Below, piece after piece: positions 8,567 to 16,930 of a stretch of 64,000 nucleotides of DNA. Source of the DNA: Bacilli bacterium. Its GTDB lineage: Bacteria; Bacillota_I; Bacilli_A; RF39; UBA660. The notes below the pieces were generated by a model. The model was not told the origin of the DNA. It did not search any database and saw nothing but the letters and a program-made list of their open reading frames with translations. Positions within the stretch are counted from its first letter, which is position 1, and every line of letters starts with the position of its first letter. The stretch covers positions 4,877 through 68,876 of the forward strand of contig JBJEXX010000016.1 of NCBI GenBank assembly GCA_051886215.1, in the 5' to 3' direction. A program made the position numbers and the translations under genes.

Positions 8567-10378
8567 GTGGTGATTATAATGAGTAGGTATAATGATAATG
8601 TTACTTTTAATACTGATAAAAAAGATGATAGTAGTTCTAAAGCTTTAAAAAAATTTTTGTTTTTTGGTTTTGGAATTATTGTAATATTAATTGTAGTAAT
8701 AGTTGTTATATTGTCTTTGGTTAATAAAAATATTGATACTAGTTTATCTAGTTTAAGTGTTGATTCAGGAATAATTAGTCCAGAATTTAAAAGTGATAAA
8801 TTAAATTATACTATTGAAACTGATTCTGATGATTTGTTTTTTACATGTAAGGCTACATCAAAAAAATCTAAAATTGATGGATGTGGAAAAACTATTAAAT
8901 TAGAAGATGACGAAAATGATATTAAAATTGTAGTTAGTTATAAAAATCAAAGTACTACATATAATTTTAAAGTTATAAAAAATAGTAAATTTGATATTCA
9001 GGTAACAGGTAATAGTGATAATTGGACTGATAAAGATATTACTTTAGTGGTAACTGCTACTTCATTAGAAAATATCCCTTTAGCGGAAATGGCTTATTCT
9101 TTTGATGATGGTGAGACTTGGCAAAAAGAAAATAAAGCAGTTTTTTCAAAAAATCAAACAGTTAAAATTAGAGTAAAAGATATAGAAGGAAATACTTCTG
9201 CAGCTTTTAAAGAAAAAATTTCTAAAATAGATAAAAATGTACCTAAAGTAAAATTATCTGTTAATAACAAAAAATTAACTGCCGTTGTTACACCTGATAA
9301 AACACCTAGTGGTTATTCTTATACTTGGTATTTAAATGGTGAAGAAATAGAAGGAGCCAAAAGTATTAATTATACTGCTAAAGAAAATGGTAAATATAAA
9401 GTTAAAGTTACTTCTAAAGTTGGAAAGAGTGTAGTAAGTGAAGAAGTTACTATAACTAGTGGTACAACTTATACAATTAATTATAATGGAAATGGTGGAG
9501 TAGATGTACCAAACGATCAAATAAAGTCTAAAGATGAAGAATTAATTATTACTAATAAAAAACCTAGTAGAGAAGGATATTCTTTTAAAGGATGGTCAGT
9601 AACTAGTGATGGAGAAGTTGATTATTTTTCTGGTGACAAATATAATTTAAATAAATCTATAATTTTATATGCAGTATGGGAGAAAAATACTTCTGTTGAA
9701 AAATATAATATTTATTATAATGCTACAGGAGGAAATAATGCTCCTAATACTCAAGTTAAAGAGCAAAATAAAGATATAACTATTAGTAATACTAAACCTA
9801 CAAAAGCAGATAGTGAATTTTTAGGTTGGGCTGTTAGTAATGGAGGAAGTGTTGTTTATACTCCAGGTGCTGTTTACAAAGATAATAAATCTATAACTTT
9901 ATATGCAGTATGGAAAAAGATGAAAACAATAACTGTTACTTATAGGGGAAATGGAGCTAATGTTACAAAATCAGCTGTTTCTTCAAGTGGTACTAATACC
10001 TTTACAATGCCTACTATCACAAGAGCTGGTTATACAGTTGTAGGTTGGGCTTATTCTCAAACTGCTACTCAGGCTAACTATACAGTAGGTCAAAAAGTAA
10101 CTTTTAATGATTCGGTTACTTTATATGCGGTTACTTATAAAAAAATTACGGCTACATTTAATAAAAATACAGCTAGTAAAATTAGTAAAAATAATGAAAG
10201 TTGTTATTTATATAATAAAGCTACATTATGTAGTGTCACTACGCCAACTATTACACCCAAATCTGGTAAAAAAGCTTTAGGTTGGTCAATATATCAAAAT
10301 GTTAGTAGTGCCTCTTTTGCGGCTAATACCAAAGTTGCTATTTCTTCTAACACGACACTTTATGCTATAACTAAATGA
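8567..10378 (+). CDS. Surface protein with Listeria-Bacteroides (Flg_new) repeats
   Basis: N-terminal TM segment, then at least three repeats of the form ...Y(T/N)I(N/Y)YNxNGG...P...K...G(Y/S)(S/T)F.GW......YAVW, characteristic of PF09479. The alternative ATG at 8579 is possibly the true start. Confidence 0.55.
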   Translation: MVIIMSRYNDNVTFNTDKKDDSSSKALKKFLFFGFGIIVILIVVIVVILSLVNKNIDTSLSSLSVDSGIISPEFKSDKLNYTIETDSDDLFFTCKATSKKSKIDGCGKTIKLEDDENDIKIVVSYKNQSTTYNFKVIKNSKFDIQVTGNSDNWTDKDITLVVTATSLENIPLAEMAYSFDDGETWQKENKAVFSKNQTVKIRVKDIEGNTSAAFKEKISKIDKNVPKVKLSVNNKKLTAVVTPDKTPSGYSYTWYLNGEEIEGAKSINYTAKENGKYKVKVTSKVGKSVVSEEVTITSGTTYTINYNGNGGVDVPNDQIKSKDEELIITNKKPSREGYSFKGWSVTSDGEVDYFSGDKYNLNKSIILYAVWEKNTSVEKYNIYYNATGGNNAPNTQVKEQNKDITISNTKPTKADSEFLGWAVSNGGSVVYTPGAVYKDNKSITLYAVWKKMKTITVTYRGNGANVTKSAVSSSGTNTFTMPTITRAGYTVVGWAYSQTATQANYTVGQKVTFNDSVTLYAVTYKKITATFNKNTASKISKNNESCYLYNKATLCSVTTPTITPKSGKKALGWSIYQNVSSASFAANTKVAISSNTTLYAITK

Positions 10379-10411
10379 TGTGAGTAAATTACTTACATCA
10401 TTTTTATTTCA

Positions 10412-10440
10412 TTGAAATCATTTTTATAATGTTATATAAT
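10412..10440 (+). promoter_or_regulatory. Sigma-A-type promoter for the LCP gene
   Basis: TTGAAA, 17-nt spacer, TATAAT; about 25 nt upstream of the RBS AGGAGGG. Confidence 0.4.
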
Positions 10441-10465
10441 ATTATTACATACTAGGAGGGATTAA

Positions 10466-12268
10466 ATGACAAGGGAAGAAAAAAGAAATGAAAATAAAGG
10501 TGTTAATATAGGAGTAATATTTAGTATTATTTTATTATTTTTAACCAGCATTTTTCTTATATATAATATATTTTTGTTAGGACCTATAGAACCAGTTCTT
10601 AGATATATTTTAATTGGGTTAATTGTACTTATTAATTTTATTAAATTTAAAAAAAGAAAAAGAGTTATTAAAAAGAAAAAAAGTAAAAAATTTATTATTT
10701 TTAATATAGTTCTTTCTATTATATTTTTATTAATTGGATTATTTATATATAAATTTTATAATTCGATTGATAGTTTAAGTAAAGATATGGATACATATTC
10801 TTCAAGTTTAGTGGTTAAAAATGATAGTTCTATAACAGGTATACAAGATATTGAAGATAGTAAAATAGGAATGCTTAATGATGAAACTAGTTATGAAGGT
10901 TATATTATTCCTAATGAAACTATAGATAAAAATGATTTAGAAAGTGATAATGATATTATTACTTATGATAGTTATACAGAGTTATTAAATGCTCTTTATG
11001 ATGAAGAAGTAGATGGTGTTTTTTTACCAACAAATTACGTTAATATGTTTAGTAATGTTGATGGATATGAAAATATTAATAATGAGACAAAAATAGTATT
11101 TACTAAAACAAAAACTATCAAAAAGAAACTTTCTTTTAGTAAAAACAAAATAGACAAACCAATAACTGTTTTACTTACAGGAATAGATTCTAATGTTGAT
11201 GGACTTAGTAATAGTGCTTCATCTAATAGTGATACATTGATAGTAGTTACTTTTAATCCTGAAACTTTAACTGCTACTATGCTTAGTATTCCTAGAGATA
11301 GTTATGTACCTATAAGCTGTTTTAGTGGAAATGAAAAAAGCAAAATTACACATTCTGGATGGCAGGGTATTGATTGTGTGGAAAATACTATTGAAGATTT
11401 TTTAGATATAGAGATCGATTATTATGTAAAACTTAATTTTAAAGGATTAGTAAATTTAGTTGATGCTTTAGGTGGAATTGATGTAGAGGTTCCTCAAGAT
11501 TTATGTACCGATAGTTCTGATAGAACTGGTGAAGTTTGTATTAAGGCTGGAAGTCAACATTTAAATGGAGAAGAAGCTTTAGTTTTAGCAAGAAATAGAA
11601 AACAACTTGCTAGAGGTGATATAGATAGAGGACTTAATCAACAAATAGTTGTTAAAGGAATACTTAATGCAGTACAAAATAATATAACTAATGTTAATGC
11701 TTTATCTAAACTTTTAGATACTTTATCTAAAAATATGGATACTAATTTTTCTACTGATGAAATTTTATCTTTCTATAATGTTGGTAAAGATATACTTAGA
11801 AAATCTAATAAAAGCGCTACTGATAGTATAAATATTATTCAATTGTTCTTAGCTGGAGAAGGTGCTTACATTTATGATCCGGGTACAAAACTTGATTTAT
11901 ATTATTATATTTTATATAAAGAAAGTGTGGAAAAAGTTAGTGAAGCTATGAATTATAATTTAGGTAAAACTACTCCTGATATGGATAAAACTTTTACTTG
12001 GTCAATTGATGAAAACTATGAGCATACTCCTTTAGGAAAAGATATCAGTGATTTTACAAAATTATATTATAGTGGTAGTAGTTATAGACCTAATACTTCT
12101 TCTGATACTACTAATGATAGCTCTAATTCTAATTCTACCAATAATTCTAAAGAAGAGAATGATAGCAAAGAAGATATAAATGATGATACAGATGAAGATA
12201 ATGAAGATGAAATTGATGATACTGATGATGAAGATGATCCTTTAGATACTATAACTCCTCAACCATAA
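10466..12268 (+). CDS. LytR-CpsA-Psr (LCP) family glycopolymer-peptidoglycan ligase with a long acidic C-terminal tail
   Basis: N-terminal TM segments. LCP core: LLTGIDSNVDGLSNSASSNSDTLIVVTFNPETLTATMLSIPRDSYV...GINQ..V.G. C-terminus DDTDEDNEDEIDDTDDEDD. Confidence 0.7.
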   Translation: MTREEKRNENKGVNIGVIFSIILLFLTSIFLIYNIFLLGPIEPVLRYILIGLIVLINFIKFKKRKRVIKKKKSKKFIIFNIVLSIIFLLIGLFIYKFYNSIDSLSKDMDTYSSSLVVKNDSSITGIQDIEDSKIGMLNDETSYEGYIIPNETIDKNDLESDNDIITYDSYTELLNALYDEEVDGVFLPTNYVNMFSNVDGYENINNETKIVFTKTKTIKKKLSFSKNKIDKPITVLLTGIDSNVDGLSNSASSNSDTLIVVTFNPETLTATMLSIPRDSYVPISCFSGNEKSKITHSGWQGIDCVENTIEDFLDIEIDYYVKLNFKGLVNLVDALGGIDVEVPQDLCTDSSDRTGEVCIKAGSQHLNGEEALVLARNRKQLARGDIDRGLNQQIVVKGILNAVQNNITNVNALSKLLDTLSKNMDTNFSTDEILSFYNVGKDILRKSNKSATDSINIIQLFLAGEGAYIYDPGTKLDLYYYILYKESVEKVSEAMNYNLGKTTPDMDKTFTWSIDENYEHTPLGKDISDFTKLYYSGSSYRPNTSSDTTNDSSNSNSTNNSKEENDSKEDINDDTDEDNEDEIDDTDDEDDPLDTITPQP

Positions 12269-12300
12269 ATTTACAAATGTTTACAATACTTAACAAATAA

Positions 12301-12322
12301 AGACAGACTATTCTGTCTTTTT
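12301..12322 (+). terminator. Rho-independent terminator after the LCP gene
   Basis: agacaga-ctat-tctgtct hairpin, then TTTT. Confidence 0.65.
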
Positions 12323-12369
12323 ATAATGTAATTTGTTATAATTATTATGATAATGAGGAGGTGTATATA

Positions 12370-14439
12370 ATGAAGAGAATAATCACATTATTTGTGTTTA
12401 GTCTACTTATTGTTATGCCTTTTTCTGTGAAAGCTGAAACTAAATATGGTTATAGTAATGTTACTGGAAGTAGCTTTAGCATTCGTAGTAGTTCTAATAG
12501 TTCTGCTTCTGTTATTGGATATTTATATGGTGGTGTAAACGTTGAAATAGTAGATTCTGCTAGTGGTAATGGCTGTGGAACATGGTATAAAATAAAATTT
12601 AATAATGGTTATGGTTGGATTTGTGGAATTAGTAATAGTGGTGCTAAAAATGTTGAACTTTATACAACACAGACTTTAAGAACAAATGAAAGAACTGCTG
12701 AGACAGATTATGAAAAAACATTACAAAATGCGGGATTTCCTTCTAGTTATTGGGATAAATTAAGCGCTCTTCATAAAGCACATCCTAATTGGAATTTTGT
12801 GGCTGATAAAACAGGTAGAGATTGGTCTTATGCTACTTGGGCAGAAACAGGAGCTGTAAGCGATGGGGATATAGATAAAAGTTTACTTTATGCTTATAAT
12901 GGAAATACAGATTTAATTGCGGGATATTTAAAGACAGACACTTATAATTATAAAACTAATAAATTTACAATGCAGGATTCTGGAGGATTTTATGCAGCTC
13001 GTCAAGAAATGGTTGCTTATTATATGGATCCAAGAAATTTTTTAAATGAGAATTTTATATTCCAATTTGAAGTGTTATCTTTTAATTCAACTTATCATAC
13101 TAAAAGTGTTATTGAAAATATTTTTGGTAGCGGTTATTTGAACCAATATGCTAGTAACTATGTGGGTGCTGGTAAATCAAAAAATGTATCAGCTGTTCAC
13201 TTGGCTACTCGTAGTGTTCAAGAAGGTTTAAATAAATCAAATTTTGTAACAAACGGTGCAGAATTTATTTATAGCGGTAGTTTATATACTTCTATTCAAG
13301 GTCAAAAGTTTAGTAATTGTTTTAATTTCTTTAATATAGGTGCATATTCTGATAATGTCAGTGCTTTACAAAATGCAGGGGTTTATGCTTGTGGTGGTGT
13401 TAATAGAAATGAAACTTCATATGGCAGGCCATGGAATAGTGTTGATAAGGCTTTACTTGGAGGAGCTGAAATAATAGGTGGTAATTATATTGCTTCTGGA
13501 CAGGATACTTTATATTTTCAAAAATATAATACAGCAAGTTATACTAAAACAGCTGTATACGGTCACCAGTATATGTCTAATATTAGTGCAGTTGCTTATG
13601 AAGGTAGCGATACATATGATTCGTATTATGCAAATGGTTTAATTAGTAGTGCAGCTTTTACTTTTGTTATTCCTGTTTATAATAATATGCCAGAAAAGAC
13701 TTCATTACCTAGCTCATTAAGTCCAAATAATTATTTAACTGGTATTAAAGTTGATGGTACTAGTATTGCTAATTTTGATGGAGATAAAACTGAAGGTTAT
13801 AAAGTAAATGTTGTTAATAGTAAAACTACTGTTAGTATTAGCACTACTACAGTGGTTGATAGTGCTAAAGTTACTATCAATAATGGCAATAGTATATCTC
13901 TTAATGTAGGAGATAATAAAATACCTATTTTAGTAACTGCAGCTAATGGAGAAAAAAGAACTTATTATATAACGATTACTAGAGAAGAAGCTAGTAATGG
14001 TTCAACAACTGATATTGAAACAACTATAAAAAATGCAGGTTATAAAATTACAGATACTTATATTGGAAATATTAGTTTAAATAATACTTTATCTACAATA
14101 AATACAAAAATAAAAAATCAAAATTCATCTGCTAATATTTCTCTAAAAGATAAATCAGGTAATAGTAAAACTACTAGTAATGTACTTGCTACTGGTGATA
14201 AATTGACAATTACTATAGGAAGTGAAGAAAAAACATATGAACTTTATGTTTATGGAGATGTTAATGGTGATGGACTTGCAAAAGCAACAGATTACATGTT
14301 AATAAAAAATCATATTATGACTAATAAAAAATTAAGTGGTGCTTATGCTAAAGCAGCTGATGTTAATAAAGATGGTAATGTTAAAGCAACAGATTATATG
14401 TTAATAAAAAATTATATTATGAAAGGAATAAGTTTTTAA
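12370..14439 (+). CDS. Secreted GH73-type N-acetylglucosaminidase (autolysin) with SH3b-like N-terminus, cadherin-like domain and C-terminal type-I dockerin
   Basis: Signal peptide. NFFNIGAYSDNV...YACGGVNRNETSYGRPWNSVDKALLGGAEIIGGNYIASGQDTLYFQKYN...YGHQYMSNIS matches the glucosaminidase (PF01832) core. The two dockerin-like repeats are GDVNGDGLAKATDYMLIKNHIM and ADVNKDGNVKATDYMLIKNYIM. RBS GAGGAGG lies 8 nt before the ATG at 12370. Confidence 0.6.
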   Translation: MKRIITLFVFSLLIVMPFSVKAETKYGYSNVTGSSFSIRSSSNSSASVIGYLYGGVNVEIVDSASGNGCGTWYKIKFNNGYGWICGISNSGAKNVELYTTQTLRTNERTAETDYEKTLQNAGFPSSYWDKLSALHKAHPNWNFVADKTGRDWSYATWAETGAVSDGDIDKSLLYAYNGNTDLIAGYLKTDTYNYKTNKFTMQDSGGFYAARQEMVAYYMDPRNFLNENFIFQFEVLSFNSTYHTKSVIENIFGSGYLNQYASNYVGAGKSKNVSAVHLATRSVQEGLNKSNFVTNGAEFIYSGSLYTSIQGQKFSNCFNFFNIGAYSDNVSALQNAGVYACGGVNRNETSYGRPWNSVDKALLGGAEIIGGNYIASGQDTLYFQKYNTASYTKTAVYGHQYMSNISAVAYEGSDTYDSYYANGLISSAAFTFVIPVYNNMPEKTSLPSSLSPNNYLTGIKVDGTSIANFDGDKTEGYKVNVVNSKTTVSISTTTVVDSAKVTINNGNSISLNVGDNKIPILVTAANGEKRTYYITITREEASNGSTTDIETTIKNAGYKITDTYIGNISLNNTLSTINTKIKNQNSSANISLKDKSGNSKTTSNVLATGDKLTITIGSEEKTYELYVYGDVNGDGLAKATDYMLIKNHIMTNKKLSGAYAKAADVNKDGNVKATDYMLIKNYIMKGISF

Positions 14440-14457
14440 TAGTAAGTAGGTGATTAT

Positions 14458-15777
14458 ATGAAAAAATATAAAATATTTAATTTATTTATATTTATAATAT
14501 GTATATTTTTTTCAATATCAATAAAAGTTAATGCTGCATCTTGGACAATTATTTCTTCTAAAGCTTCAGTAGCTAGTGGTCAAAGTTTTACAGTTAGAAT
14601 TCATGGTAATGATGTAGTAGGTCAATTTACTATAAGCGTTAATAATGGCCGTTCAAGTGAAAGTGTTGTATGGAAAGATGAAAATACCGATAGAAGTTTT
14701 ACAGTTACGGCAACTGGTAGTGGAACTGTATATGTTAAAGTTGTTGCGACCGATTGTTCTGATATTAATGGTAATCCAGTTGGAGGAAGTGACAATGTTT
14801 CAGTAAATATTATAAATAGTAATGATGATGGTTCACGAAGTAATTCATCTTCTAATAAAACTTATAGTAATACAGCTAATCAAGAATTAAGTAATAATAA
14901 TTATTTAAAAAGTTTGACTATTGATGGATATAATCTATCTCCAAGTTTTAATAAAGATGTTACGAGTTATAATGTAGAAGTAGATGAATTAAGTGAAAAA
15001 ATAAAAATAAATGCGGAAGCTGAAGATAAAACTGCTACTATTGAAGGAATTGGTGAAAAATCTTTAGAAAAAGATAATATTTTTCAAATAGTAGTAAAAG
15101 CTGAAAATGGACAAGTAAAAACATATACTATAAATGTTTTATTTAAAGATGATAATCCAATTAAAGTAAAAAAAGGCAATAAAACGTATACTCTTGTTAA
15201 AAGAAAGTCATTAATAAAAGAATTTGATGATTATAAATCAACTACTATAAAAATAAATAATCAAGAAATTCCGGCTCTATATAATAAAACTACTAAACTT
15301 ACTTTGGTTGGGTTGAGATATAAAGATAAAGTCTATTTATATAGATATAATAAGGAAACTAATACTTATGTAAGATATATAGAATATGATTTTAAAAATG
15401 TTAAATTAGTCTTATTTAAATTAAGTGATAAAATGATACCTGATGGTTATAAAGAATATACTATAAAAATAAATGGCTATAATACTAAGGTTTATAAATT
15501 AAGAAAATCATCTAAATATTCTTTGATATATGGTATGAATATAAAAACAGGAATTAAAACTCTTTATTTGCATGATTCTAAAGAAAACACTGTTCAGCGT
15601 TATACAACAGAAGCAATGACTGCTTTAAAAAATCAAAATTCTAAGTATCAAAAAATATGTATTGGATTATGTGGGGGAGTTGCTTTATTAGTTATAGTTT
15701 TATTAATTTTTATTAGTAAAAGTGATAAAAAAAGAAAAATAAAAAATAAGGTTAAAAGATATGAAAATGAAAAGTAA
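14458..15777 (+). CDS. Cell-surface protein with signal peptide, N-terminal beta-rich domain, cadherin-like domain and C-terminal TM anchor
   Basis: NNYLKSLTIDGYNLSPSFNKDVTSYNVEV...INAEAEDKTATIEG fits the cadherin-like beta-sandwich pattern. C-terminal ICIGLCGGVALLVIVLLIFISKS followed by a K/R-rich tail. Confidence 0.4.
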   Translation: MKKYKIFNLFIFIICIFFSISIKVNAASWTIISSKASVASGQSFTVRIHGNDVVGQFTISVNNGRSSESVVWKDENTDRSFTVTATGSGTVYVKVVATDCSDINGNPVGGSDNVSVNIINSNDDGSRSNSSSNKTYSNTANQELSNNNYLKSLTIDGYNLSPSFNKDVTSYNVEVDELSEKIKINAEAEDKTATIEGIGEKSLEKDNIFQIVVKAENGQVKTYTINVLFKDDNPIKVKKGNKTYTLVKRKSLIKEFDDYKSTTIKINNQEIPALYNKTTKLTLVGLRYKDKVYLYRYNKETNTYVRYIEYDFKNVKLVLFKLSDKMIPDGYKEYTIKINGYNTKVYKLRKSSKYSLIYGMNIKTGIKTLYLHDSKENTVQRYTTEAMTALKNQNSKYQKICIGLCGGVALLVIVLLIFISKSDKKRKIKNKVKRYENEK

Positions 15778-15800
15778 TAATTAATATTATTACTTTTTTT
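15772..15800 (+). terminator. Rho-independent terminator
   Basis: aagtaataat/attattactt 10-bp stem overlapping the stop codon, then T5+. Confidence 0.6.
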
Positions 15801-15863
15801 AGGTTTTATATATTGAGATTAATTTTTTTTCTTCATACAATATATTGAAAGTAGGTGGATTGT

Positions 15864-16049
15864 ATGAAAGAATTTTTAAAGAGATTAAAGGATCCTATAG
15901 TAATTTCATCAATATTTTCTTTAATATATATATTTATTGCTCCTAAACTTAATTTACCTGATTGGACATTAGTTTCTTCTCAATTTTTAGCTATTATATA
16001 TGCAATATTTGGTATTACTAATAATCCTACTGATAAAAATTGTTATTAG
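15864..16049 (+). CDS. Small two-TM protein (61 aa), holin-like
   Basis: Two hydrophobic segments with a polar C-terminus. RBS AGGTGG 5 nt upstream. Ends 12 nt before the signal-less M23 peptidase gene. Confidence 0.35.
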   Translation: MKEFLKRLKDPIVISSIFSLIYIFIAPKLNLPDWTLVSSQFLAIIYAIFGITNNPTDKNCY

Positions 16050-16061
16050 GAGGTGATTAAG

Positions 16062-16874
16062 ATGAAAAAAGGACAAACTAGTATCAGAGGAGGTATAGAG
16101 GACTTTTTATGTCCTTTTACTGATATGTATATAACTCAAGGTAGTGGTGGAAATGGTAGTCATGCTGGAACTATGGCCAATGATATTCGTGGTAAAATAG
16201 TAGGAGTTAAGGCTCCGTATTATGCTCCATGTACTTTGAAGTGTTTAAAAATATATCCTGAGAATGGTCAAATTATGTGGCAGTCAACAAATAAAGTAAG
16301 ATTTGCTAACGGAAAGATTAATTATGCAACTATAATGACAGCTCATGACAATACAGTAGATTCATACGTAGGACAAATAGTAAAACAAGGCCAACAATTA
16401 GGAAATATGGGAAATAAAGGAAATGCTAGTGGAGTGCATTGTCATATAGAAATTGAACAAGGAAATGATACTTCTTGGAAGAAAAATAGCTATGGTAATT
16501 ATTGTTTTAATAATGAAGTTGATACTGACAGTTGCTATTTTGTAGATAATACAAATATTTTATATGGTAGTGGTGGAAATTGGAAATATCTTAAAGATGT
16601 AAATGTTGATACTGAGAATAATTATATAAACTTATCTCCTAGTATTTCATCTTGGAGATTTTATAATATTACGGATGCTCCGATTAAAAAGAATGCTATT
16701 GGATATTTAAATCCTAAAAAATTTGGTGGATTATCTTATAAAATATTAGAATATCGTGATAATAATAATACCGTTGTTATAAATACTGTTCAATTTGGCA
16801 AAGTAAAAATTTTTATTTATAATACCGCATCTACAATAACAAATAGTCCTAAATATAAATCAGGTAATTATTGA
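16062..16874 (+). CDS. M23-family (LytM-like) peptidoglycan endopeptidase with C-terminal putative wall-binding domain; no signal peptide
   Basis: H..D (GSHAGTMAND) and HxH (GVHCHIEIE) motifs of peptidase M23. The N-terminus MKKGQTSIRGG is not hydrophobic. RBS AGGAGGTG upstream. Confidence 0.6.
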   Translation: MKKGQTSIRGGIEDFLCPFTDMYITQGSGGNGSHAGTMANDIRGKIVGVKAPYYAPCTLKCLKIYPENGQIMWQSTNKVRFANGKINYATIMTAHDNTVDSYVGQIVKQGQQLGNMGNKGNASGVHCHIEIEQGNDTSWKKNSYGNYCFNNEVDTDSCYFVDNTNILYGSGGNWKYLKDVNVDTENNYINLSPSISSWRFYNITDAPIKKNAIGYLNPKKFGGLSYKILEYRDNNNTVVINTVQFGKVKIFIYNTASTITNSPKYKSGNY

Positions 16875-16881
16875 TGTTACA

Positions 16882-16910
16882 TTTACAATTAAATATAAAT
16901 CTGTTATAAT
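16882..16910 (+). promoter_or_regulatory. Sigma-A-type promoter for the sigma-factor gene
   Basis: TTTACA, 17-nt spacer, TATAAT. Confidence 0.4.
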
Positions 16911-16930
16911 AGAACGCAATTGGTGGTAGT

